A stretch of DNA of 64,000 bases from the NCBI GenBank assembly GCA_963663265.2, contig CAXXXM010000002.1:2150078-2214077 (forward strand). The letters run 5' to 3'. Under the pieces are notes generated by a model. The model was not told the origin of the DNA, made no database searches, and was given only the letters and a program-made list of their open reading frames with translations. Positions 37,295 through 47,219 of this stretch are shown here, one piece after another. This DNA is from Melioribacteraceae bacterium (GTDB taxonomy: Bacteria > Bacteroidota > Ignavibacteria > Ignavibacteriales > Melioribacteraceae). Position 1 is the first letter of the stretch; each line of letters begins with the position of its first letter. The position numbers and the translations under genes were made by a program.

Positions 37295-39514
37295 ATGAAA
37301 CTTAATAAAATTTTAGGCGGTAAAATTCTTTATTTTATCGCCTTCTTTTGTTTATCAGTATTATCAATTAAAGCAAATAACTTTTCCACTATTAGTGGTT
37401 ATGTCTTTGATATTGAGACCAACAAACCGGTTGAAAATGTAGAAGTTTTAGTTGTAGAAAAACAAATGCATACTACAACAAATAATAAAGGTTATTTTGT
37501 TTTTTATTGTGATGGTAATGTAACGGTTCGGATTAAATTTACCCATTTGGCTTATCAGGAAAATGTTATTACCGTTGATAAAAACAGAACAGAAAACAAA
37601 GTTTTCTATTTGACCCCTAAAATTGTTGAATATGCTCCAGTATTGGTTAGCGGTTCGAATAGTAAAAATATTTTTGATGATATTCAAGATGTTTCAGGTG
37701 TGCTAAAGGGGAAAGAATTAGATAAAGATTTGGGAATTACTTTAGCCGCCACTCTAAAAAACGAAACAGGGATTAGTTTGCGTACTATGGGCCCAGCACC
37801 GGCTCGTCCTGTTTTTAGAGGTTTGGGAGGGGATAGAATTGTTATTAGCGAAAATGGAATAAAAACAAATGACTTATCTTCTACATCTCCCGATCACGCA
37901 GTAACGATTGAACCCTTTACAATTGATAAGGTAGAAGTTATTAGAGGCCCAAAAGTATTGTTGCAGTCTTCCACAACAATTGGAGGTGTAATTAATATTG
38001 TTCGTGATGATATCCCTAAATCAATTCATAATAGTCCATTTGGAACTATTGGAGTTTTTGGTGAGACTGCTAATAAAGGATACTTGGGTGCAATCAAATT
38101 TGAGTATCCAATAGCTCCTTTTTCGCTCTATCTTGAAGGGAGTAGAAGAAAGGCTGATAATATGAATTCGGCTAATGGCGAGTTAAAGAATTCTTATTCA
38201 AACAATGCAAATTATGCGTTTGGTGGGAGTTTTATTTCGGATAATTTTATGGCGGGCATTTCTTTTAGAAATTATGAATTGTCTTATGGAATTCCCGGTG
38301 GTTTTGTTGGGGCTCACCCATTTGGTGTTAATATTGATGGTTCAAGACGCGAAATTAATGGTGAAGCAGAATATAAGTTTGATGAGGAAAATATTCTAAA
38401 CTTTGAATTAAATTATTCTGCTTATAAGCATGATGAGTATGAGCATGGTGGTTTAGTGGGTGCGGAATTTAAAGTTGCTGATTTAATCGGGAAATTAAAC
38501 TATTCGCATAATAAGCTATTGTTTTTTGATGGCGGAGAAATCGGACTTTCGTCTGAGTTTAGAAATTTTAATGTTGGTGGCTATGTATTTACTTCACCGG
38601 CAAAATCGTATAAGTTAGCTTCTTATATCTACGAATATTTTGATTACAATCGATTTAATTTTGAAATAGCAGGAAGATTAGATTTTGACAATATTAATCC
38701 GGAATATGATGGTAAGGATTCGAAAATTGGCAAAATAACTAAAAGAAATTTTAACACTTGGTCGTTCTCCGCAACATCTCTATATAGATTGACCGATGTG
38801 GTTTATTTAGGTAGTAATATAAGCAGATCCTCACGTATCCCAACTATTGAAGAGTTGTATTCACAAGGTCCGCATTTAGCAGCTTATTCTTATGAAGTAG
38901 GAAATCCAGATTTAGAGGATGAAAAAGGCTGGGGTTTTGAACTATTTATATATCACAAGTTTGAAAAGATGTTTTTTACATTAACCTATTTTTCTAATTG
39001 GTTAGACTATTATATTATTCCTCGCAATACAGGCGAAATCAATTATTCAACTTTTCTGCCTATATATGAAAGTCAAGGAGTTAAAACTCAGATCTATGGT
39101 TTTGAAATGCAGTTGGATTTTAAGATAACTGAAGAATGGGAATTAAACCTTTCAGGTTCATATTCACGAGGAAAAAATATAACAGATGGATTAAATCTTC
39201 CACAAATTCCACCATTAAAAGGGAATATCGGACTTAAATACTCATATTATGATTTTATAATTGGTTCAGGTTTGGAATTTGCACTTAAGCAAGATAAAGT
39301 AGATTTGTTTGAGATTGGTACTGCCGGATATGCTGTTTGGAATGCATTTGCTCAGTACAGTTTTCAGTTTAATGGGTATATAAATAATATCTCATTGAGT
39401 GTTGATAATATTCTTAACCAAGAATACAGAAATCATCTAAGCAGAGTTAAATCAATTATGCCTGAAACAGGAATTAATTTTAGGGGAACTTACAGAATTT
39501 ATTTTCATATATGA
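37295..39514 (+). CDS. TonB-dependent receptor with N-terminal carboxypeptidase-regulatory-like domain
   Basis: 'ISGYVFDIETNKPVENVEV', plug domain ('VEVIRGPKVLLQSSTTIGGVINIV'), a 22-strand-sized barrel, and C-terminal 'NFRGTYRIYFHI'. Confidence 0.85.
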   Translation: MKLNKILGGKILYFIAFFCLSVLSIKANNFSTISGYVFDIETNKPVENVEVLVVEKQMHTTTNNKGYFVFYCDGNVTVRIKFTHLAYQENVITVDKNRTENKVFYLTPKIVEYAPVLVSGSNSKNIFDDIQDVSGVLKGKELDKDLGITLAATLKNETGISLRTMGPAPARPVFRGLGGDRIVISENGIKTNDLSSTSPDHAVTIEPFTIDKVEVIRGPKVLLQSSTTIGGVINIVRDDIPKSIHNSPFGTIGVFGETANKGYLGAIKFEYPIAPFSLYLEGSRRKADNMNSANGELKNSYSNNANYAFGGSFISDNFMAGISFRNYELSYGIPGGFVGAHPFGVNIDGSRREINGEAEYKFDEENILNFELNYSAYKHDEYEHGGLVGAEFKVADLIGKLNYSHNKLLFFDGGEIGLSSEFRNFNVGGYVFTSPAKSYKLASYIYEYFDYNRFNFEIAGRLDFDNINPEYDGKDSKIGKITKRNFNTWSFSATSLYRLTDVVYLGSNISRSSRIPTIEELYSQGPHLAAYSYEVGNPDLEDEKGWGFELFIYHKFEKMFFTLTYFSNWLDYYIIPRNTGEINYSTFLPIYESQGVKTQIYGFEMQLDFKITEEWELNLSGSYSRGKNITDGLNLPQIPPLKGNIGLKYSYYDFIIGSGLEFALKQDKVDLFEIGTAGYAVWNAFAQYSFQFNGYINNISLSVDNILNQEYRNHLSRVKSIMPETGINFRGTYRIYFHI

Positions 39515-39515
39515 A

Positions 39516-39545
39516 ATTGCCGCAACATTTGTATTGCGGCTTATT
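39516..39545. terminator. bidirectional terminator between convergent genes
   Basis: GCCGCAA (39519-39525) pairs with TTGCGGC (39534-39540), flanked by A/T runs. Confidence 0.55.
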
Positions 39546-39548
39546 AAA

Positions 39549-40100
39549 CTAAATTGAAGTATGTAAATATTCCTCAGTACTGATTACTTTTGCATAAATA
39601 CCATTTAGTGCAGATAAAAAAGAAGTGTGGACATATTGAGCAGGTATTTCAATGTGTTCAAATATAAGCTTGCGTGAAGCACAAGCGTTAGAAAGAACAG
39701 TACAATTTAGCCCAAAATCAAATGCAGCTCTTGTTGTTGCATCTACACACATATGGGTCATCATGCCACATATAATAAGGTCTTTAATAGAATTATCTTT
39801 TAAATATTCTAACAAACCTGTATTTCTAAAACTATTGGGATAATTTTTTCGAAATATTTTTTCATCGGGTAACGGTTCAACAGAAGAATGAATTTTAGCA
39901 CCTTCTGTGTTGGGGATAAAAAAAGTGCTACCCGGGCGGACTGATAAGTGTTGAATATGAATTATTGGTAACTTCTTTTTTCTAAAAAATTTAACAATTT
40001 TTGCAGCTTTGTTTACCGCATCTTCAGAATTAACCAACTCCATTTTGCCACCCGGAAAATAATCGTTTTGTAAATCAATCAATAATAGTGCTAAACCCAT
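39549..40100 (-). CDS. isochorismatase-family cysteine hydrolase
   Basis: 'LLLIDLQNDYF' and catalytic Cys block 'ICGMMTHMCV'. The ATG at 40100 is preceded by GGAG, whereas the TTG at 40112 in the track lies inside that RBS. Confidence 0.8.
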   Translation of the reverse strand: MGLALLLIDLQNDYFPGGKMELVNSEDAVNKAAKIVKFFRKKKLPIIHIQHLSVRPGSTFFIPNTEGAKIHSSVEPLPDEKIFRKNYPNSFRNTGLLEYLKDNSIKDLIICGMMTHMCVDATTRAAFDFGLNCTVLSNACASRKLIFEHIEIPAQYVHTSFLSALNGIYAKVISTEEYLHTSI

Positions 40101-40342
40101 AATAAACTCCAAAATATCAACTTTGTTTTTCTAATGTAAAAATAGAATCAATTCATTATAACATATAATAAAATAATAAAATTCTTTAGGAAAATAAAAA
40201 TATTTTATTTGTATTAAGTAGAATATTAATTTGAGGAGATGGTTTTAGAGAAAAAGATAGATGTTGATTTGTTATAAAGTTAAAATTTCAGGAATAAATT
40301 ATTTATTCATCAATAAATAATAGTTGTGTTAATGTAACTTTA

Positions 40343-42439
40343 TTAGGCTTCATAAAAGGTAATTGTAAAAGTAGTTCCTTCTCCTTTTATGCTGCTAACG
40401 CTGATTTTGCAATTGTTTAAGTCCATATATTTTTTAACTAAAGATAAACCAAGTCCAACTCCTTCGTAAGTTCTGCTATAACCGATTTCTTCTTGTGAGT
40501 AGGGATTAAACATTGTTTTCATGTATTCGTTAGAAATGCCAATTCCTGAATCTTCGATATCGATGGAATAAAAATCGTTTTTATTTTTATAAAGTGAAAC
40601 TTTAACAAATCCTTTTTTTGTGTATTTAAAAGCATTATCTAACAAGTTGCCAATTGTCTGGGTAATACTGTATTCATCTATTAAAATAAAAACATCACCC
40701 AAATCATTCAAATAAGAAAGTTCAATGAGTTTGCTGCTGAAGGTTGGCTTAAAATCATTAATTATATTTGTTAGCAGTAAATTTAAATTAATAGTTTTTG
40801 GTGAATAAGGGAAATCGCCAATTTGAATTCGCGAAAAATTAAGAATCATCTCAACGGTTCTAATAATTCTTTTACTTGACCTGTTAATGCTGTTAAAAAA
40901 TTCTAAATCATCTTCAGTAATATATTCTGACAATGATTCTTTTAGCAAACTTGTCATGCCAATAATTCCATTTAGTGGAGTTCTTATTTCGTGGGACATA
41001 TTTGCAATGAAAGCGTCTTTTAACTGATTAGCTTTTTCAGCTTCGTTTTTTGCTTTTATAAGTTGCTCTGAAATAGTAACACGAGCAGTAATATCATGTA
41101 TTATTGAATAAATATAATCTTTATCATTCAAATTAACTGTTGCTGCGTAAACTTCAACATCACGTATAGATCCATCGGCTAATTTATGTTTTAATACTAA
41201 ATAATGTTGTTTTGAATTAATAACAGCATTAATATTTTGTTTGACAGTTGACTCGTCAATAACGTTTAAGTCGGAAATTTTCAGTTTAAGAAATTCTTCT
41301 TTATTCCAACCATAAAATTCGCAGGCGGCAGAATTAACGTCAACAATTTGTAATGATTCAGGGGCTATAACAAATTTAATTGCCTGGTTTTCTTCAAATA
41401 AGCTTTTATACCGCTTTTCACTTTCAGCCAGCTTTTTCATCATTAATTCTTTTTCTTTAGATTCTTTAATAATTCCCCATGCTCTGATAGCAAAAAGTGA
41501 AAAAACTATTCCGCCTACAAAAAGAAGACCCAGAATGATGAAAAGACGATTTCTAAATGATTCAATAGACTCAATAATCTCTGATTCTGAAGCTGTTACC
41601 ATGATTGACCAGTAAGTATTATGCAAGTTTATTGGGTGATAATAGGCGTGTTGACGCTGGAAGAATTTGTTTTTTAGAGTATCATCCAAAAAATAACTTG
41701 CAGAGCCGGATTTCCCATTAATCATATTTTTAAGCATTGCTTGTAGAGAACTATCTTTTTTTGAAGAGTCAAAACAATTTTTACCAATATGGGTGTTGTT
41801 TCTGCAATAAATCTCGATACCATCTTTTGTAATTAAAGTTGCGTGTCCACTTTGTCCTATTCTAATGTCATCAAGATAGGTTTTGGAAATATTTTTAAAG
41901 TCTAAAACAAAGGCTAAAGTGCCGGCAAACTTCCCATTATTAAAAATTGGAACGTGGATTGCCACAGCTTGATACCCCTGTACTGCATAAAATACATCAC
42001 TAATTACAATTTGGTGTTTATTTAAAATTTCCTGCATATGTGTTTGGTGAGAAATATTAGTACCAATTGCCTTAGGATTGGAAGGGTAAGTAAAAAGTAT
42101 TTTACCTGTTTCGTCAACGCGTGTTATTGCTCTGATATATTTTTTTTGATTATTAAAAGCAAAAATTAAATTATTTTCACCTTCTTTATTTATGTTTTGG
42201 ATGTTCTTATTCTTTGCAATCTGTAATAAAATAGATATCCAATTATCAAAATTGTTTTGAATTCCTTTAACGGCCTGTTTTGCAATTAACTCTTCTCTAA
42301 TAAGTAAATCTTTAATTAGATAGTCTTTTTCATCTTGATAAAATGAATTAAACATTATTATACAAAATGTTAGTAAAAGTACTGTGCTAAAAACAAGATA
42401 AAAAACATTTAGGCGGTTATAACGTTTTCGGTCGGGCAT
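40343..42439 (-). CDS. Cache-domain / PAS sensor histidine kinase
   Basis: TM1, a ~270-aa extracytoplasmic Cache-like region, TM2 ('LFIILGLLFVGGIVFSLFAI'), PAS, H-box 'MSHEIRTPLNGI', and 'GVGLGLSLVKK'. Confidence 0.85.
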   Translation of the reverse strand: MPDRKRYNRLNVFYLVFSTVLLLTFCIIMFNSFYQDEKDYLIKDLLIREELIAKQAVKGIQNNFDNWISILLQIAKNKNIQNINKEGENNLIFAFNNQKKYIRAITRVDETGKILFTYPSNPKAIGTNISHQTHMQEILNKHQIVISDVFYAVQGYQAVAIHVPIFNNGKFAGTLAFVLDFKNISKTYLDDIRIGQSGHATLITKDGIEIYCRNNTHIGKNCFDSSKKDSSLQAMLKNMINGKSGSASYFLDDTLKNKFFQRQHAYYHPINLHNTYWSIMVTASESEIIESIESFRNRLFIILGLLFVGGIVFSLFAIRAWGIIKESKEKELMMKKLAESEKRYKSLFEENQAIKFVIAPESLQIVDVNSAACEFYGWNKEEFLKLKISDLNVIDESTVKQNINAVINSKQHYLVLKHKLADGSIRDVEVYAATVNLNDKDYIYSIIHDITARVTISEQLIKAKNEAEKANQLKDAFIANMSHEIRTPLNGIIGMTSLLKESLSEYITEDDLEFFNSINRSSKRIIRTVEMILNFSRIQIGDFPYSPKTINLNLLLTNIINDFKPTFSSKLIELSYLNDLGDVFILIDEYSITQTIGNLLDNAFKYTKKGFVKVSLYKNKNDFYSIDIEDSGIGISNEYMKTMFNPYSQEEIGYSRTYEGVGLGLSLVKKYMDLNNCKISVSSIKGEGTTFTITFYEA

Positions 42440-42678
42440 ATTTTGATAGTATCCAAATCCGTTTTCTAATTAATTAATTCAAAACATCACAATATTATTA
42501 ATTAAATTAAATAAAGCAAATATACTTAACAAATAATATAAATTATATTTGCAAATTATTGTACTAAAATGCAGTAAAAAGCAGTAACAACAAAAATAAT
42601 GTATTGTTAGTTTAAAAAGCTAAAGTAATCAACTTATTATCTAAAGTTGCAAATTATTAATTAAAATATATTAAAAAA

Positions 42679-43890
42679 TTATTTTTTTTGAATAATCTTA
42701 TAAACCTTATCTCTATCTCTAATTGTTTGAGGGCATAAAATGGTGGGCTTTTCTCCTTTAAGAGCAACGTTTTTTTCAACATCATCAACCATCAATTTTT
42801 CAATAGAAAACTCTACTATTCCGGTTGTACTTCCACTAACATAAATGCTATCACCAACCTCAAGGCTGCCGGCTTCAAGGTGAATTTGTGCAATATTACT
42901 TTTCTTAAAAAAGTTAACTACTTTACCGATATATTCTTTTTTTGTTAATGCTGTGCTGCCATAAGTAGTTGCAAAATCATTGCTGTCAGGTAATCCCAAA
43001 TAAAATCCGTTAGAAAAGCCTCTATTGTAAACTTGTTCCAAATGATTGTGTAATTGAGTTTTTAATTCAGGTGTGAGATTGTTTTCAAAGTAAGCATCAA
43101 TAGCTTTACGATAAGAGCTAACAACATTAAGTATGTATTCAGGACTTCTTTTTCTCCCTTCAATTTTAAATGCATCGATTCCTGCATCAATCAAAAGGTC
43201 AATAAATTCAATTGTACAAATATCTTTTGGCGACATTACATAATCGTTGCCAAGTTCAAAGTCAAATCCCTGGTCGTTATCTGTAATCTTGTAATTTCTC
43301 CTACAAGGTTGAATGCACTCACCTCTGTTAGCACTTTTATTAAAAACAGAATGGCTCATAAAACATCTTCCACTAACAGCAACACACATTGCACCGTGAA
43401 TAAATGTTTCAATTTCAACATCAACATTTTCTTTAATTTCTTTAATCATATCCAAAGTACATTCTCGAGCTAAAACTATTCTTTTAGCACCTAAATTTTT
43501 ATAGAATTTTGCCGATTCGATGTTTGAAATAGAAGCTTGAGTGCTTATACAAAAAGGAATATCATATTGAATGCATTTTTGAATGACTGCCAAATCCCAA
43601 CAAATTATTAAATCTACTCCGGCTCGTTTAACTTCCGGCAATATTGTATCAAGTTCTTTTAATTCATTATTATAGACAATTGAATTAAGAGTTAAATGTG
43701 TATCAACAGAATTTTCTTTACATAGTTTAACAACATCGGGCAAATTTTCCAAAGTAAAATTTTTTGCTTTTGCACGCATGTTTAGTTTGTCTAAGCCAAA
43801 ATAAACAGCATTTGCTCCACTATTAATTGCTGTAATCGACATTTCTTGATTTCCAACCGGAGCTAAAAGTTCGGGTTTTTTTGCTGTCAT
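42679..43890 (-). CDS. peptidase U32 family protein
   Basis: 'KPELLAPVGN', 'AVYFGL', 'ARECTLDMIKEI' and 'IHGAMCVAVSGRCFMS' blocks typical of the U32 family. 403 aa. Confidence 0.85.
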   Translation of the reverse strand: MTAKKPELLAPVGNQEMSITAINSGANAVYFGLDKLNMRAKAKNFTLENLPDVVKLCKENSVDTHLTLNSIVYNNELKELDTILPEVKRAGVDLIICWDLAVIQKCIQYDIPFCISTQASISNIESAKFYKNLGAKRIVLARECTLDMIKEIKENVDVEIETFIHGAMCVAVSGRCFMSHSVFNKSANRGECIQPCRRNYKITDNDQGFDFELGNDYVMSPKDICTIEFIDLLIDAGIDAFKIEGRKRSPEYILNVVSSYRKAIDAYFENNLTPELKTQLHNHLEQVYNRGFSNGFYLGLPDSNDFATTYGSTALTKKEYIGKVVNFFKKSNIAQIHLEAGSLEVGDSIYVSGSTTGIVEFSIEKLMVDDVEKNVALKGEKPTILCPQTIRDRDKVYKIIQKK

Positions 43891-44059
43891 AATATCCTTT
43901 TAATTTAATTATTGAAATATACTGAATTTTAATTTAAGAATACATAACTCCCCCTTAAATAAGATATTATGACTTATTATAATTAAGTAAATCTTTAATT
44001 GTAAATGCCGAAAAATGTTTTATATTATAAAAAATTATTATAAAAATTATTGAGTATAC

Positions 44060-45196
44060 ATGTTGAAAAATAATAACTTAATGGTTGCCAATATAGGCAT
44101 TGCAATTGCAGGAATAGGTTTTGGGCTTGTTAATCCTGTTACAGTTGTATTATTAGAGCAAAGTAAAACACCAAGTTTTGTGACCGGCTTGGTTACGATG
44201 ATGGGATATTTAACAATAGTAATGTTTTCAGGAATTTCAGGGAAATTTTTCGAAAAGTATAGTCTTAAAAAACTTTTATTATTTGGTTTGGCTCTTTGGA
44301 GTATTAGTTCTTTAGGACATTTTTTTTGGTACAACCTATATATTTTGTTCCCATTAAAAGTAATAATGGGAGTTGGGGGGACGTTTGTTTTTATTGGTAC
44401 GGAAATTCTTATTAACAGGGCAAGCGACAGTACAAACAGGGGCAAGAACATTGGACTTTATGCAACTTTTTTATCGATTGGTATAGCGATTGGTACTTTG
44501 CTGATTTGGACAATTTCAATCCGTCCTTATATTCCATTTATAATTGGTTCTGCTATTATGGGTACTGCGGGGGTTTATTTATCATTTTTTCTAACAGATG
44601 TAGAAAAAACGGAAGATCATCAAGCAGTTACAAGCTATCCAATTAAAAACATGCCATTACTTGGCTTGTTTACACCATTATTGTATGGAATTTTCGAATC
44701 GTCAACAATAGTAGCAATTCCAATTTATGGATTGCGAGTTGGTTTTTCTCAAGTGGAAGTTTCATATCTTCTTGCTTCATTTGTAATAGGAGGAATAATA
44801 CTTCTTTATGGGATAAGCGGTTTTTCGGATAAGTATAATAAATATAAACTTATTCTAATTATGTCATTATTATTAGCGGTATTGTTGATTGTTCCAACAT
44901 TTAGTTATAGTTACTTTATGCTGATGATTTTGTTTTTTATTATGGGAGGTATAATTCCGGCTTTTTATACTATTGGCTTAAACTATATGGTTGAAAACGT
45001 TGATAAAAAGTATATTAGTTTTGCAAATAGTTATTATATTATGATGTATGGAATTGGTACAGTTATAGGACCATTATGGGGTGCTTCATTAATAGAATTA
45101 AGTTTGATGAAAGGCTATTGGATTTTTTCTGCAATCTTGTGTATAATATTTTTTGTTGTGTTTTTTTACTTAAGAAAACAAAAACAAAATAATTAA
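44060..45196 (+). CDS. MFS transporter
   Basis: About 12 predicted hydrophobic helices in two halves separated by a short loop. 378 aa. No substrate is inferable. Confidence 0.7.
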   Translation: MLKNNNLMVANIGIAIAGIGFGLVNPVTVVLLEQSKTPSFVTGLVTMMGYLTIVMFSGISGKFFEKYSLKKLLLFGLALWSISSLGHFFWYNLYILFPLKVIMGVGGTFVFIGTEILINRASDSTNRGKNIGLYATFLSIGIAIGTLLIWTISIRPYIPFIIGSAIMGTAGVYLSFFLTDVEKTEDHQAVTSYPIKNMPLLGLFTPLLYGIFESSTIVAIPIYGLRVGFSQVEVSYLLASFVIGGIILLYGISGFSDKYNKYKLILIMSLLLAVLLIVPTFSYSYFMLMILFFIMGGIIPAFYTIGLNYMVENVDKKYISFANSYYIMMYGIGTVIGPLWGASLIELSLMKGYWIFSAILCIIFFVVFFYLRKQKQNN

Positions 45197-45258
45197 ATCA
45201 TCATTATTTTTTTCTAAAAAAAATATTATCTTATAGATTAAAGTTTTGGGAAAATATA

Positions 45259-47208
45259 TTGAATTTAAATCCTATTATATCATTAATATCTATAACAGCA
45301 AAGTTTGATGTATGCTTTTTGCTAAAAATTGAAGAAGAAAAATTTGATATTATTTCGATAAATGATGCAAATAATATTTTATTGGCTGATATTGAAAATT
45401 TTATCAGTATATTTGCCAAAGAATTGAATAGGGATTTAACTCTTTTTGAAAACCACGAAACTTTTAATAGTTTTCTACAATCAGTTAAACTAAAGCAATA
45501 TTACATAAAAAAAATATTTTCTGCTGATAAATCTGAATATTGGTTTTTTGGGTTTTCTCGCAAGTCTTTTAAAAACAACAAAACATTAAATACCATACGC
45601 GAAAATTTTGAATTTGTTTTAGCAAATACAGTAAAGTTAGAACTTTTAAACTCTAAGCTTGCCGAAGAAGTTGATCAGAAAAAAGATTTTGATTGGATAC
45701 AACGAGTTTTAGAACGACTTGATTTGATTTTATATTCAAATAAAAAAGGAGTAATAAATGTTAAACACTCATCTAACGGTGTGTATTCTCTTTTTGATAC
45801 AAATATGGAAAAGGAATCAATAAGTACAGGATATTATAGAAGTAGAATTAAATCCGAGTTTATTAAACTGTATGATGAGTTTGTTGAACAAGCCAAAAAC
45901 CAATTAGGGACTGAAATAGAGTATCAGTTAAGAAGTAATTTAGGGATAGAAAAAAGCGTTGTTCAGTTTGCTCTCCCTTTTAGTGAAAAAGAAGGTGAAG
46001 ATTCAATTGTTGGCTATATACAGAATAAAACGAGAGAAAAATCTTTAGCGGCAAAGCTTGAAAGAATTGAAGAGAATTTTGAAACTACTGTGGAAATTAC
46101 AAATCATTTCTTTTTTATGCTGGATAATAACGGACACTTTAATTTTATTAATGAAGTTGGTGCAGTTACACTTGGTTATTTAAAAGAAGAACTGATGGGA
46201 AAACATTTTTTTGAATTTGTTGACGATGAATCTAAGGCAGATGTTGCTCTTGCATTACAGCAAATTTTAGAAACAGAAAATAAGGTTTTCTTTAATATTA
46301 GAATAGTTGATAGATTTGCAAACAAAATAGATTTTGAATTTACTGCCAAATCAATTATAGAAAATTCAAAAGTGCTTGGAATGATTTGTATTGGTGAAGA
46401 TATCACTAACAAAGTTAGGTCTGAAAGTAAAATTAAAGAGCTGAACACAAAGCTTTTAGAACTAAATAGATTGATTTCTATTGAAAAAGATAGAGCCAAA
46501 CATCAAATTACAGTATTAGAGGAATTGAACAGATTAAAGAACGACTTTATATCAAATGTATCGCATGAATTACGTACACCTCTTGCAAGTATTGTGGGTT
46601 TTGCTGAAACAATAGTATCGGATAAAGAGCTGCCTATTGAAATGATTTATGAGTTTAGCTCGATAATTCTTGAAGAAGGAAAAAGGCTGGCTAAGTTAAT
46701 AAATGACGTGCTGGATTTTTCGAAACTTGAAGGGGGTAATGAAAAATTGAACAAGCAGCGATTTGATTTAGTACAAGTTATTTTGGATTTAATTGAGTCA
46801 TATTCAAAAATTGCTGAAACGAATGGACTTAAAATTAACAAGCAAATTCCGGATGCGGAAATAATTATTAATGGTGATAAAGAAAGAGTAACAAAGGCTT
46901 TTGCTAATTTATTTTCAAATGGTGTAAAGTTTACAAAAGCGGGGGGCCTTGTAACAGTTGTTGTTCAAGATTTTTTGAAAGAAGTGGAAGTTATTATTTG
47001 TGATACGGGAATAGGTATTGCCAAAGAAGATTTACCAAAAGTTTTTCAAAAGTTTAGTAAAATTAATAGACCGGGATTACAATTGCCGGGTGCAGGATTA
47101 GGGCTTTCAGTTGTAAAGCAAATTATTGAATTACATAAAGGCTTAATTAGGATAGAAAGTGAATTAAATAAAGGAACAAGTATTATAATTAGGCTGCCAA
47201 AAGAATAA
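45259..47208 (+). CDS. PAS sensor histidine kinase (cytoplasmic)
   Basis: PAS ('FFMLDNNGHFNFINE'), coiled coil, H-box 'VSHELRTPLASI', 'GAGLGLSVVKQ'. The TTG start is not verified. Confidence 0.8.
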   Translation: MNLNPIISLISITAKFDVCFLLKIEEEKFDIISINDANNILLADIENFISIFAKELNRDLTLFENHETFNSFLQSVKLKQYYIKKIFSADKSEYWFFGFSRKSFKNNKTLNTIRENFEFVLANTVKLELLNSKLAEEVDQKKDFDWIQRVLERLDLILYSNKKGVINVKHSSNGVYSLFDTNMEKESISTGYYRSRIKSEFIKLYDEFVEQAKNQLGTEIEYQLRSNLGIEKSVVQFALPFSEKEGEDSIVGYIQNKTREKSLAAKLERIEENFETTVEITNHFFFMLDNNGHFNFINEVGAVTLGYLKEELMGKHFFEFVDDESKADVALALQQILETENKVFFNIRIVDRFANKIDFEFTAKSIIENSKVLGMICIGEDITNKVRSESKIKELNTKLLELNRLISIEKDRAKHQITVLEELNRLKNDFISNVSHELRTPLASIVGFAETIVSDKELPIEMIYEFSSIILEEGKRLAKLINDVLDFSKLEGGNEKLNKQRFDLVQVILDLIESYSKIAETNGLKINKQIPDAEIIINGDKERVTKAFANLFSNGVKFTKAGGLVTVVVQDFLKEVEVIICDTGIGIAKEDLPKVFQKFSKINRPGLQLPGAGLGLSVVKQIIELHKGLIRIESELNKGTSIIIRLPKE

Positions 47209-47219
47209 TTGGAGAGAAA

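Noticed and set aside
40200-40300. Tiny ORF (MVLEKKIDVDLL) with a GAGGAG RBS in the intergenic region upstream of the isochorismatase gene
   Set aside because: At 12 codons it has no conservation evidence available. It could be chance in AT-rich DNA and cannot be supported from sequence alone.
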